From: Sminthopsis crassicaudata
Taxonomy: Eukaryota
Assembly (NCBI RefSeq): GCF_048593235.1
Contig: NC_133620.1
Span: 458,271,261 to 458,335,260, forward strand
Direction: 5' to 3'
DNA length: 64,000 bases
A program made the position numbers and the translations under genes. The notes under the pieces were generated by a model, which was not told the DNA's origin, ran no database searches, and worked only from the letters and a program-made list of their open reading frames with translations. Within the stretch, counting starts at the first letter, position 1. Each line of letters starts with the position of its first letter. Below, one piece after another: positions 35,701-46,755 of this stretch.

Positions 35701-38700
35701 CACTCCCTCCCAATAAACTTTGCTTTGCTTCTAGAGATCTCTCCAGCTTTTTTTATTAAATGGTGATCCCTCACCATTTCTGTACCACACACCAACAATG
35801 CTGAGGGTGGGCTCAGCATATTATACACAAATTTACTTCTTGAAAAATCATGCCAATCAACACATTAGCAAAACTTGAATATTATGTGATATATAAGATT
35901 CAGCTATGCAATATACCTATTCCATTATTCACCCAAATATGTTACTAAAAAAGAGGCAAAAATATGCCTCATGGAATATCTGTTCTGAAAATTTCTCTTC
36001 AAAATTAAAGCATTTCAACTAATCTATAAATTCAGGAGTTAAATTATAATAATCAGCATATAAAATTTAAATTTTAAAATCTTTAAGACAATAAAATGCC
36101 AGTCAATATTACCAACAACTTTTTAACTCACGTTGTGTCAGTTTCCGATTTATGCTTCATCTCCATGATTTCTACCATGAAAAGATCAACAGGTTCACCT
36201 GGTCTTCTGACAGCCAGAATTGAGTCCACCACTGCCTGCAATAGAAGGGGAGGGGGAGGGGGGGGACGGACACAAAGATAAAATAAGGCAGATGCCTGCA
36301 TTTTAACTCAGTCCCAACTTTTCCCTTTTCTTATAGATCAATTTTTATGCACACAGGTCAAATTAAACTTCAAAAGAAATCTCTGTATTTGTGTACGTAT
36401 CTACAAAGCTCCAACTGATGGTAAGAAGACAAGAGGTTTGAACCTCATGTGAAACAGAACTCTAATACCACACACAGAATGGCACGTAGGACAGTGGCAG
36501 AAGGATCAAATGAATGCTTTGCATTATTTTCAATTTTACTGAATCATCTCCAATATTTGTTTTTACTGGCAAATTACAGACAGTAGTGGTGGAGCACTAA
36601 GTTCACGGGTCCTAAAGACCCATTCTGGTTTCCACTTTTCTAATTTACAAACGATGTCTGCCTGCTTCCTTCGTGTGGTTTTTGGGCAGCTCCAACGAGC
36701 TAATTTATGATCTATCGTGACAATCTGGGTACTCCACGCGCCACCTACCTCTGTCAGCACGTCGGCCAGGTCAGCATTGACTTTGGTGCGCAGGGATGTT
36801 CGGGCAACATCCATGAGGATTTCTCTATCAATCTCTTTGCTTATTTTGATTTGATCCAAGACTTCAAGGGCCTTTGTCTTGGCAGCTTCAAACCCTTCCG
36901 TTATGATTCTAGGGTGCAGACCCTGGTAACAACCACCATAAAGCCAACCATTAGCCTCCACAGGAGTTAAGTCTGGCTGTTACGGCAAAGCTTTTACCAT
37001 TTTTGTATGGAATGTGAATTTCTAGTTATTGCTAAATCTTAGAAATGTGCTGCCCTTCTGAATACACATAAAAGGATAGACAATCCTTCCAATGCAGAGG
37101 AAAAGAGCAGATGTTATTCTAGCACAGACTAGAAGCCAAGGGAACTACAAAGCACGCTTGGGTGTTCTCTGTGCAAATAGTAAAAAAAATAAGGGACACC
37201 CTCCACCTCCCAATTTTGTTGATGCTTTGGGGTTAAGCATATTTTAATAAGTTATCTGGAATTCCACTGACATTTAATAGTCACTTAGAAGACAATCTCC
37301 TTTTTTGTAAATAAAATTTAGAAAATCTACGGCACGGAAAGAACCTCAGGCTAGTGCTTATGGTCGTCTAGGACACGAAGTCCTATTTTCCTCCTTTTTT
37401 ACTAAATTGGTTAAATGTACAAGAGGTTCGGATCGGTCTCAATAGAAGCAATGAGGGCAAAACAAAAGCCCTGGTCCACTCCCTACTTTGCTGATTCTTT
37501 TCCTTTTGCAATCCAGTTAAACATATCCCCAGAATCCTTTCATTGGATTTAAAAAATTAGAAGACATTAATTTTTCTTTAGTCAGATAAGGGGCAAATCA
37601 CGATTAGCCCCTTAACTCCTGCCAAGAGTGAGCACAGAAAACGTTTCCTATTCAGGAGAAAATACCACAGGAATGTGACAGTCATGTGTACTTCGGAGAT
37701 GTAGAGGTCCGCCTGCTTCAGCAGCTCCCCGATGATGAGAACGTTGGAAGTGGTGCCGTCGCCAGTAATATCATCCTGCGCTGTAGCTACTTTTGCAATC
37801 AAGGAGGCCGTGGGGTGTTGAATTTGCTAAAAAGAGAAAGTGGAAATGATCCGTTTAAGAATGGAAATAAAAGAATAAATAAAGGAACTTGTAATCATTT
37901 CTACCAAATAACAAAAACAACCCGCCCCAACATCCTGCTTTGAAGAGCTGTCCTCATACAGAGGAAATATGGGACCAAGAACCTCAAAAGCGAGTATCAA
38001 CAGATGATTGTTACCTAAGACACCAATTAACACAGAAACAAGAAGAATCCCGTTATACAAAACTCTCAGAGGAGGCTTAAGTTTTTTCTGTTATTTCGGT
38101 ATTACTGAATGGACTTCGGCTAACTTAGATCCCTGGTAAGCGGATTCCCTTTCTGACCACGTGAGCTCCACTTCTGCGAGTGAATTACCAACTCTGCATT
38201 ATTTCATGAAGATAGGTCGGACCCGCGGACGCCTTTGGGGGTCACCCCTCCCACTCCGGGCCATTCCTCACCATCTCGTGTAACAGCACGTTGCCATCCT
38301 TGGTGAGCTTGATGTCTCCGGCGCCAGAAACAAGCCTGGGGTAAGAGAGACCAGACCCACGCGTCAGAGTCCCCCAGGGCGGCCCCCGGCGAGCCGGAAC
38401 CCACGCGCACACGAATTCGGGGCGCCCCGGCTTCGTCCGGTCTTTAAGCCACGACCCGCGGCACAGCCGAGGACGGCCCTCCCCTCCAACAAGGCCGAGA
38501 GCGGACAGAGCCGGGGATCGCTCGTCCACGTGAGCCCGGGAAAGCCGGAAGGCTCGGACCGGATGCTGGGCCTGGTGGACGGCGGCCGCCGAGGCCCCTC
38601 CCGTCCCCTCCCCCACCCTCGCCCGGCGCGTGCTCCCGTCCCCAGGGCCTCACATCTTCATGGTGCCCTTGGGCCCCAGGTTGGTCCTCAGCACGTCCTG

Positions 38701-38790
38701 CAGCCCTCGGGCCGCGCTGATGTTCACGGCCAGCGCCGCCTGGGCCCGGGCCACCTCGGCTTTGGGATTCAGCGCCTTCACGGCCGACAT
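29769..38790 (-). CDS. CCT6A: T-complex protein 1 subunit zeta (CCT-zeta), 531 aa
   Basis: 14 exons: 38654-38790, 38272-38335, 37692-37826, 36749-36922, 36132-36235, 34832-34942, 34537-34696, 34372-34454, 33689-33785, 32691-32838, 31755-31888, 30701-30803, 30169-30241, 29769-29841. They total 1596 nt in frame with GT-AG introns. Protein runs [46 protein letters not shown]...GDGTTS...[11 protein letters not shown]. Confidence 0.96.
32156..32293 (-). ncRNA. SNORA15: H/ACA snoRNA SNORA15 (ACA15) in CCT6A intron 10
   Basis: Minus strand reads GCATGGACGAATACTGTGT...ACACAGCCAGACACCATGC, then H box AAAAGCA region, a second hairpin and ACA+3 nt. The 5' hairpin is nearly identical to human ACA15 as I recall it. 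Confidence 0.88.
35057..35200 (-). mobile_element. WSINE1-type SINE in CCT6A intron 5
   Basis: gcaattggggttaagtg...tttgaactcaggtcttcctgacttcagggctgg. Confidence 0.85.
37043..37176 (-). ncRNA. SNORA22: H/ACA snoRNA SNORA22 (ACA22) in CCT6A intron 3
   Basis: Minus strand reads TTGCACAGAGAACACCCAAGCGTGCTTTGTAGTTCCCTTGGCTT...GTATTCAGAAGGGCAGCACATTT, matching human ACA22 as I recall it. ACA box 3 nt from the 3' end; known host gene. Confidence 0.9.
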
Positions 38791-38799
38791 GGCTGAGGA

Positions 38800-39200
38800 G
38801 CGGCGGCAGCAGAGCTGGAGGCGGGCGCAAGAGAAGCAAGTCCGAAGGTATTCAGTCAGCCGCAGCCCCAAATCTCGTTCTGCAAAGCCCCGCGAGACGA
38901 GATGAGACGAGACACAGCCCTTTCTAGAAACCTCCAGCGCCCCCTGGGCCGCCTCTTCACGCCTCTCGCCATTGGGCCACGGAGCTGCTCATCGTCTTTA
39001 GCCCCGCCTCCTTTACTGCGGCTGCCAATCCCCCTCCAGCTCCGCCTCCTCGCGTACGTCGTTGACATATGGACAAGCTTATTCCCATGGCAACGAGAGA
39101 TCTCTTCCGTTCTCGCTGAATTGGGTCCGGGGAGCGCAAAGCTTGTCGGATCTAGGGCCTACCGGGGCAGGTAGAGAATGGACTGAGGTCTTCCTCTGAA
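38800..39200. promoter_or_regulatory. Bidirectional CpG-island promoter of CCT6A and a divergent + strand transcript
   Basis: HSE-like tTTCtaGAAacCTC at 38921-38935 (CCT genes are HSF targets), CCAAT boxes on both strands (about 38971, 39025), Sp1 box and RFX X-box-like ATTCCCATGGCAAC (about 39081-39094). A YY1 site CAAGATGGCG lies further out at 39617-39626. Confidence 0.7.
39060..39170 (+). other. Putative non-coding first exon of the divergent gene (PSPH by synteny)
   Basis: GC-rich segment ending in donor CAG|GTAGAG at 39170/39171, with only short ORFs. PSPH is head-to-head with CCT6A in human, but no PSPH coding exon is seen in the window. Confidence 0.35.
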
Positions 39201-40123
39201 GTTCCCGAACACTGACCCTTTGGGAACGTCTGCCCAAAGTCCCGTGAAACCCCGCGTCCAGAGATGGATCTCAGATCCCCCCTCTATAAAAATGTGCTAA
39301 AGCAGACTTTGTGGGTGCTGCAGGTGCCAGGCACGTGGTGCCATGAGCGCCCTGAGCACCGCAGTGAAAAAAACCTCTGTAACCGTGAATGAACCCAAGG
39401 GAAGAAACCGAATTGTAATTAAACACGGGAGAGTGTTCCTGTGACTCATTGTTATAGGGAGATCCCGGTGGGAAAATTCCCTCCATCAACCCAGACTAGG
39501 GCCTTCCCTGCAGGCCTGAGAAGTTGGAACTAATTATCTAGCAAACTGGACATGTAATTAAACAGCATTGGAACTCGGATCTCCGTGACTCCTTAGCCGG
39601 CCTTTATCCCCTTCACCAAGATGGCGCCCTGTGATTATTCCATTATTAGCAATTTTAAAGCACAAAACGGGTTAACCTTAACAAACTAATAAAAACATTC
39701 TTTCTGCTTCCCCCATTTGATCTTTTTCTTTGTATTTTTATTTTGTTGCTATTTTTTTACAATTAGAGTTGAACAAACAACAAATCACAACAGTGATTGT
39801 CAGCCCGTGTTTTCCCATGTTTCCCATGTTTCCTTAGGTGTACTTAATTACATTCATATACCACAATTTTTTCTGTCTTTACACTTATTGACTATTACAA
39901 ATAAGACCATTATTCACATACTTATGCTCCCTTTCAATAACATCCTTACGACTGTGATTCTCAATTTTTTTACTCCTGAGAACCCCTTTAAAAATTATTG
40001 AGAACTCCAGAGGAGTTTTAACTATAAGAGAGCTAGAAACATTTTTTGTGTTGGGAGCTAAAGCTGGTAAAATTTTAAAATATTTATTAATTTAATAGTA
40101 AATCTGTTACTTGATAAAGTATT

Positions 40124-40420
40124 AGTTGTGGTTGTTTTGTCCTCAAAGACAATCATCACATCAGGCAGCTGATGCTATGACGTGCAAGTGAATGTAAGTG
40201 AGGAAGGGCTGGATGAGGTCACCAGCCTCACTCTCCCCTCCAGAGATATCTGGGCCCAGTACCCAGATAGAAATCAGGATACCTGGAGATGGCCCTGGAT
40301 GCAGTGGGAGACCTTGGCCTTTTTAGGCTAAAGTCTCTTAACAGGTCTCAGTTTGACTGAGGTAACACCCATTCAGTGATTAAGGCTTAAATAAGAAAGA
40401 AATGAGGCAGAGAATGCCCT
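40124..40420 (-). mobile_element. Marsupial non-autonomous RTE-related SINE
   Basis: Shares sequence with 42490-42725 (+, ends gaagaacaaacaataat) and 54530-54770 (-). Confidence 0.6.
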
Positions 40421-40524
40421 GTTCAAAAAAAAAAAAAAAAAAAAAAAAAATCAGTTTGATTGACATAATAATGTAACATTTTTAATAAACAAAATAACTT
40501 TATTTTCCAAAACAAATTTTAAAA

Positions 40525-41147
40525 TTAATTTTATAATTATAACTTTTTTTTGACCATATATATGCATAGGTAATTTTTTACATTATCCCTTGCACTCACT
40601 TCTGTTCCAAATTTTCCCCTCCTTTCCTCTACCCCCTCCCCTAGATGGCAGGCAGTCCCATACATGTTTAATGTGTTATAGTATATCCTAGATACAATAT
40701 ATGTGTGCAGTACCGAATTCCTTATTGCACAGGAAGAATTGGATTCAGAAGGTAAAAATAACCTGGCAAGAAAAACAAAAAATGCAAACAGCTCACACTC
40801 ATTTCCCAGAGTTCCTTTTCTGGATGTAGCTGATTCTGTCCATCATTGATCAATTGGAATTGGATTAGCTCTTCTTTATGTTGAAGTTATCTACTTCCAT
40901 CAGAATCCATCTTCATACAGTATCATTGTTGAAATATACAACGATCTCCTGGTTCTGCTCGTTTCACTCAGCATCAGTTGATGTAAGTCACTCCAGGCCT
41001 CTCTGTATTCCTCCAGTTGGTCATTTCTTACAGAACAATAATATTCCATAACATTCATATACAACAATTTACCCAACCATTCTCCAATTGATGGACATCC
41101 ATTCATTTTCCAGTTTCTGGCCACCACAAAAAGGGCTGCCACAAACA
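40525..41147 (-). mobile_element. 5'-truncated L1 with TSD
   Basis: ORF2 end MFVAALFVVARNWKMNGCPSIGEWL on the minus strand; tttccaaaacaaa flanks both sides (about 40503 and 41148). Confidence 0.88.
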
Positions 41148-41732
41148 TTTCCAAAACAAAATTTAATAAGAGTGGCATTGTTTTACACATTTTACAAATC
41201 TCTAAAGTCTGATTTACTAGAAGTCATGTCTGTTTCTGCATTCAATCAACTGAGAAATGTTTGACTAAATAAAAGTATATGAAGACTTTTTACAGATAGG
41301 TAGCTGGAAAAGGGAAGAGCATTTTAATAGGCACATAACATATTAGTATTATTCTGAAAATGGTTTTGACCTTGTAGACTCCTAAAAGAATCACAATGAA
41401 CTCCAGGAGTTCCTGATCTCTGCTTTGGGGTAGAAACTTAGTGGAATTACTGGGTCCAACAGGAACAGTTTTATAGCTTTCTTGTGCATTGACATATTCC
41501 TTTCCAAAAAGATGGCACCAACTCAATTTCAGGGCAAATGGGTGCTCTTTCATTAGTTCTTTTTACATTCTACGAATGTTCATTTTCAAATTTCAGTAAA
41601 ACTGACAATATAGCCTTTATTTATTTTTTCCATGATGTAAAATATGTTGGAAGTAATTAGAAAAGGTAGCAAATGTATTTTGCCAATATTGGTCACAAAT
41701 ATATTATTCAACATATTAGAACTTAAAATACT

Positions 41733-41734
<2 letters not shown>

Positions 41735-41772
<38 letters not shown>

Positions 41773-41901
41773 AGGCTGGAGTTAAGTGACTTGTCCAGGG
41801 TCACACAGCTAGGAAGTATTAAGTGTCTGAGATCATATTTGAACTAGGGTCCTCCTGAATTCAAGGCTGGTGCTCTATCCACTGCGCCACCTAGCTGCCC
41901 C
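41735..41901 (-). mobile_element. Young WSINE1-type SINE
   Basis: Long poly(T), intact head, and TSD-like ttaaaa(t/c)act. Confidence 0.9.
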
Positions 41902-42489
41902 TTAAAACACTTTTCAAAGAATTTTAAATAAAGGTTCCATTAATAATGTAAGAAATTCATGTGCTGGGGCTGGAGAAATCTAGGTGGCATCCAGTTCCAG
42001 GATCTAAAACTCAGGAAATATATTTGCAGTCTTGGAGTTCAGAAAATAAGCATATTTTGAATTTGAAATAATTCCTCAATTCTCATAGCATTTGATATTC
42101 AATGAGTGTTCACAATCATCATTTGATTTGATACTCATAACAATGTTTCATTCCATTTTTAAAGATGTAGTAACTGATTAAGTGATGAATCTGGTAAAGA
42201 CATGATTAGAGTTTTAGTCTTTTGATTTCTGGTGATTTTTTTTTTTCTTCTACATCAAAAGATCAATTAAAAAGAAATAGGGAAGGGACATCTAGATGGC
42301 GCAGTGCATAGTTAATGGCCCTGGAGTCAGGGAGATCTGAGTTTTGTGACCCTTGGCAAGCTGTTTACCCCCAATTGCCTAGACAAAACAAACAAAAAAT
42401 AAACCAAAGGGAAAAAGTTGGTTGAGAAGATGTAGACAGTTACTTTAAAATTATAGGTTTAACCTAGCCTTAATTACTGAATAAGTAGT

Positions 42490-42725
42490 TGCTTCAGTCA
42501 AACTGAGACCTGTTAAAGGCCTTAGCCAAGGTCTTCCCCTGTATCTGGGGCCATTTTCAGTCTTCCTATCTATATCTGGCCACTGGACCAGATGGCTCTG
42601 GAGGAGGAAGTGAGTTTGGTGACTTTGCATAATCCTAATCCCTCATTAGCATCTAATTCATTTGCATGTCATAGCATCACCTCTCTGATGTTATGGTCAC
42701 CTTGGAGAATGAAGAACAAACAATA
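42490..42725 (+). mobile_element. Marsupial non-autonomous RTE-related SINE
   Basis: Reverse complement of the 40124-40420 element; CAA-like tail. Confidence 0.55.
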
Positions 42726-42999
42726 ATAATGTTTAACTTATCATCACATACATTGGCAGAGTTGAATAAGATTCAAATTTTCATTTAAATTTCAATTTCG
42801 AATTTCAATTATTCTGAGGAATTATAATTATACTTTATAATTATTATTATTGTTTGAAGATTCATTAATGGTTAAATCTATGTTCAATGGGGGAAATTTA
42901 TAGCTTAGATGAATTTTAACAATATTTCAAGGAGTGAAAAATTCTAATTTGGTCATCAATTTTGGATATATTCTAAAATTAGTTACATGAGTTGGAAGA

Positions 43000-43975
43000 A
43001 TAAATTCAAACTGCATCTTATGAATAGACAGCTTTCAGATATCTATAGTCATATGGAAAAAATGTTCTAATGCATTATTAATTAGAGAAATGCAAATTAA
43101 ATGCCATTTCATACCTATCAGATATTGAGGATAGGAAAATGATAAATGTTGGAGAGGAAGTGGGAAAACTGGAACACTAACACATTGTTGGTGGAGTTGT
43201 AAACTGATCCCACCATTCTGGAGAACAATTTGGAACTATGCCCAAAGGGCTATAAATTGTGTGTACTCTTTGATCCAGCAATACCACTACTAGGTCTCCA
43301 AAAAGATCATGAAAAAGGAAAAGGCCCCACATGTACAAAATTTGTTTATAGTAGCTCTTTTTGTAGTGGTAAAGAAATGAAAATTGAGGGGATGTCCATC
43401 AATTGGAGGAATGGCTGAACAAGTCATGGTTCATAAATGCAATGGAACCCTCTTGTTCTATAAGAAATGATGAGCAAGCAGATTTCAGAAAAACCTGGAA
43501 AGATTTACATAAACTGGGATGTTGAATGAAGTGAACAGAATTATCCAGTGTAACAGTAACATTGTGTGATGATTAACTATGAATGACAACTCTTCTCAAT
43601 AATACAATGATTCAAGACAATAATTCAAGACATACGTCTTTAGACTCATGAGTCTATCATATCCAGAATGGAGTCTGAATGCAGATTGAAGCATACTATT
43701 TTCATTTGGTTTTTTTTTTTTGTAGTTTTTCCTTTTGGTTCTGATTCTTCTTTTACAACATGACTAATGTAAAAATAGATTTAATATAATTGTACATGTA
43801 TCTATATCAGATTGCTTGCCATCTTGAAGAAGGGAAATGGGAAAGAGGAAGAAACAAAATTGGAAATCATTATTGAAAATAATATATTGAAAACTAAAAA
43901 TAAATAATAAAACTTTAAAAATATAATAAATAAACAAATGAAATAAAAAATAAATTTTTAAAAAGGTTAAAAAAA
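43000..43975 (+). mobile_element. L1 3' fragment
   Basis: ORF remnant LCVLFDPAIPLLGL, 3'UTR and A-rich tail. Confidence 0.85.
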
Positions 43976-45584
43976 AAATCTGCATTCTCTCAATCCCATA
44001 TGTAGCCTTAGAGAGAAATCTCAAATAGTGTGGAAAAGAAGCCAGGCTTCCAACAGTCATCCAGACAGATAAAAGAGAAGGCTGAGTAAGCTGGGAAGAC
44101 AGAATAAATACAAATAGTGTAGGGAAAGGGAAATCATAGGAGGCTCAGAGATCATCCTGGCCCTGTGCCCTTAAGAAGGTAAGGTATCAATACATTTTAT
44201 AGGTAGGCAAATAAGACGCAGGAAAGTTAAATTACTTACCCTAGATGTCATGGAAATAACCAGGACTAGGTTTTCTGCCTCCTAGTACAATGTTTCTTCT
44301 TGTTGGAGTCTAGTTCCTGTAGTGAGATGAAGGATATGACAACATACTGGGCAGAAAAGTCCTGTTTATGGACTCTTTGAAGTTTATTGATCAGAGAGAC
44401 AAATATATATATACTTCAAATGCTCATAGGTTCGATACAAAGTACACTCTTTAAAAATCTCTATAGTCTAACAAAATTCTACTATGATGTAAATGATTAA
44501 ACCCCTTAAGCCCCGGATCTTGGCTACTTAGTTGAGATACCATCAAAGTAAAGTTTATTATACCATTTTCTCAGATATCTTTCTCCCAAATACCTTTAGT
44601 CTCCTTGTGGACATTTTTTCCTGTCCTAAATTCAAAGATTTAGCTTTTAATCCAAAGAGTAGTGTTCACATTTTGCTTCGGTCACTAGGTTATTAATTTA
44701 TTATATTGACAAATAGTCTCTGCTATTTCAATAAGGGAGTTTTGGTGAGCCAAGTTACTGTAAGACTCAAAACCTGGAATGGAGTCTTACCTCCTGGCTC
44801 TCTACACAATTCTAAATATCTTAGAGATTCTCTCCCTTCTTTATTCCTATAAAGTGTCAATATTTGGGCCACAATCTATGACTTTTGTCCAAAAGTTAGC
44901 AAAAATCTTTGAAATGTAAGCAATCCTAAATCCTAAGAAACATGGATAATCTTTAATTCTTTAAATTGTCTGTGAATCCTTAGGTTGATTCTTTACCTAG
45001 AGTGTGATGTAGGACTCTATGGTCCCAAGTGGCTTAGGTGGACCACAGTTTACTGGCTGTATTTTTTCATTCTAAACAATTGTCACATGATACAAAATGA
45101 AATTGTTTTTAGCATACGCTCATTGCAGATATTAGAAAATAATTCTAAAAGCATCACCTGTTGACAGTGGATCAATAGCGTTATCATTTTAATAATAATA
45201 GAACCTTCGATTTTGAATTCATCTTAAGGCAATTCATCTCAGTCCTTTACCTGAAATATGGATCTCCTCTAATATGCCATGATAGTGGTAATAATAATGG
45301 GCTCAGTGATAATTAAGAATTTCAGGTTTGGGAAAGATTCTCTTTTTTGATGAGATCTGTCCCCTGCAACTTCCATCCATTTGCCTTAGATCTATGCTCC
45401 AGAGCAGAAATATTAAATAAGTGGTCTGCCCTTCACTTTCTCCATGGGAGCCCAAACCATGTATTTGGGGAAGATGTAATTTGGGAAATCTTCAACAAAA
45501 TAAATGAAAATACAATAACATGTAAGTAATGTAAAGTTTTTCAAGTCAATATAGTTGGCAGAATTCCTTAGGTATAGTTCAGAG

Positions 45585-45775
45585 CAGGAGTTCTGAAACT
45601 ACAGCCTGCAGGCCAGATGCGGCTGCTGAGGACGTTTATGCGGCCCCCCGGGTTATGGCAAATGGGCTGAGGGGGGGAGACAGAGTGTAAGCTTTTGTTT
45701 TTACTATAGTCCAGCCCCCCAACAGTCTGAGGGACAGTGAACTGGCCCCCTATTTAAAAAGTGTGAGGACCACTG
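45585..45775 (-). mobile_element. Non-autonomous hAT MITE, OC1 (OposCharlie1)-like
   Basis: TIRs caggagttctgaaact / agtgtgaggaccactg; 8-bp TSD gttcagag / gtttagag (1 mismatch); 191 bp. Confidence 0.85.
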
Positions 45776-46139
45776 GTTTAGAGGCTCAGTTTCTGGATGT
45801 AGAACATCACAAAATAAAGCTAGATAGCAATATGGCATATATCTGGAGATATCTGTAGGAAGCTATCATACATCCCCCAAGTCTTCTTTCCTTTAGCCTA
45901 AAAGATGATGTAAATCTTGGTCATCTTTTTTTATTTACAAAGGATAGTGAGCTAAAATTATTTAAATTATGAACCTCAATAAAATTTTTGATATAATATT
46001 TTGGATAGAATACAGTACCCTTTGAAATTGAAGATTCTAAAATGAAATGTTAATATTTAGTGGTAGCAGATTAGCACTTAGGACAGTACCTCACACACAG
46101 CAGGTGCTTAATATATGTTTCTTGATTGATTGATTGTTA

Positions 46140-46755
46140 AGAATGGGCTCTAGTGAATGGATGCCCATCAGTTGGAGAATGGCTGAATAAGTTACAGTAT
46201 ATGAATATTATGGAATATTATTGTTCTATAAGAAAATATCAGTGGCCTTTCAGAAAGGCCTAAAGAGACTGCCATGAACTGATGATCTATGAAGTGAGTA
46301 GAATCAAGACAACACTGTATATAGCAACAAGATTATGTGATGGTTAATTCTGATGGACATGGCTCTTTTCAACATCGGGATGATTCAGGTCAGTTCTAAT
46401 GGTTTTGGGATGAAGAGAGCCATTTGCACCCAGAGAGGACTGTGGATCACAACATAATATTTTCACTTTTTTATTGTTGCTTACTTGCTTTTTATTTTCT
46501 TTCTTATTTTTTTCCTTTTTGATCTGATTTTTCTTGTGCAGCATGATAACTGTAGAAATAGATATAGATATAGATATAGATATAGATATAGATATGAATA
46601 GCACATGTTTAACATATATTGGATTACTTGCTGTTTAGGGGAGGGATGAGAGAGAAGGGAGTGAGAAAAAAATTTGGAACACAAGGTTTTGCAAGAGTGA
46701 ATGTTGAAAACAATCTATGCATACATTTTGAAAAGAAAAACCTTTTTTTAAAAAA
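46140..46755 (+). mobile_element. L1 3' fragment with internal (ATATAG)n
   Basis: gatgcccatcagttggagaatggctgaataag...tttggaacacaaggttttgcaagagtgaatgttgaaaa. Confidence 0.85.

Larger units (their letters stand above)
39952..41435. mobile_element. Charlie1-like hAT DNA transposon remnant interrupted by two younger retroelements
   Basis: tgattctcaa...gagaacccctttaaaaattattgagaact at the start; gagtggcattgttttacacattttacaaatctct...tctgcattcaatc resumes after the L1. Family assignment is from recalled consensus. Confidence 0.55.
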
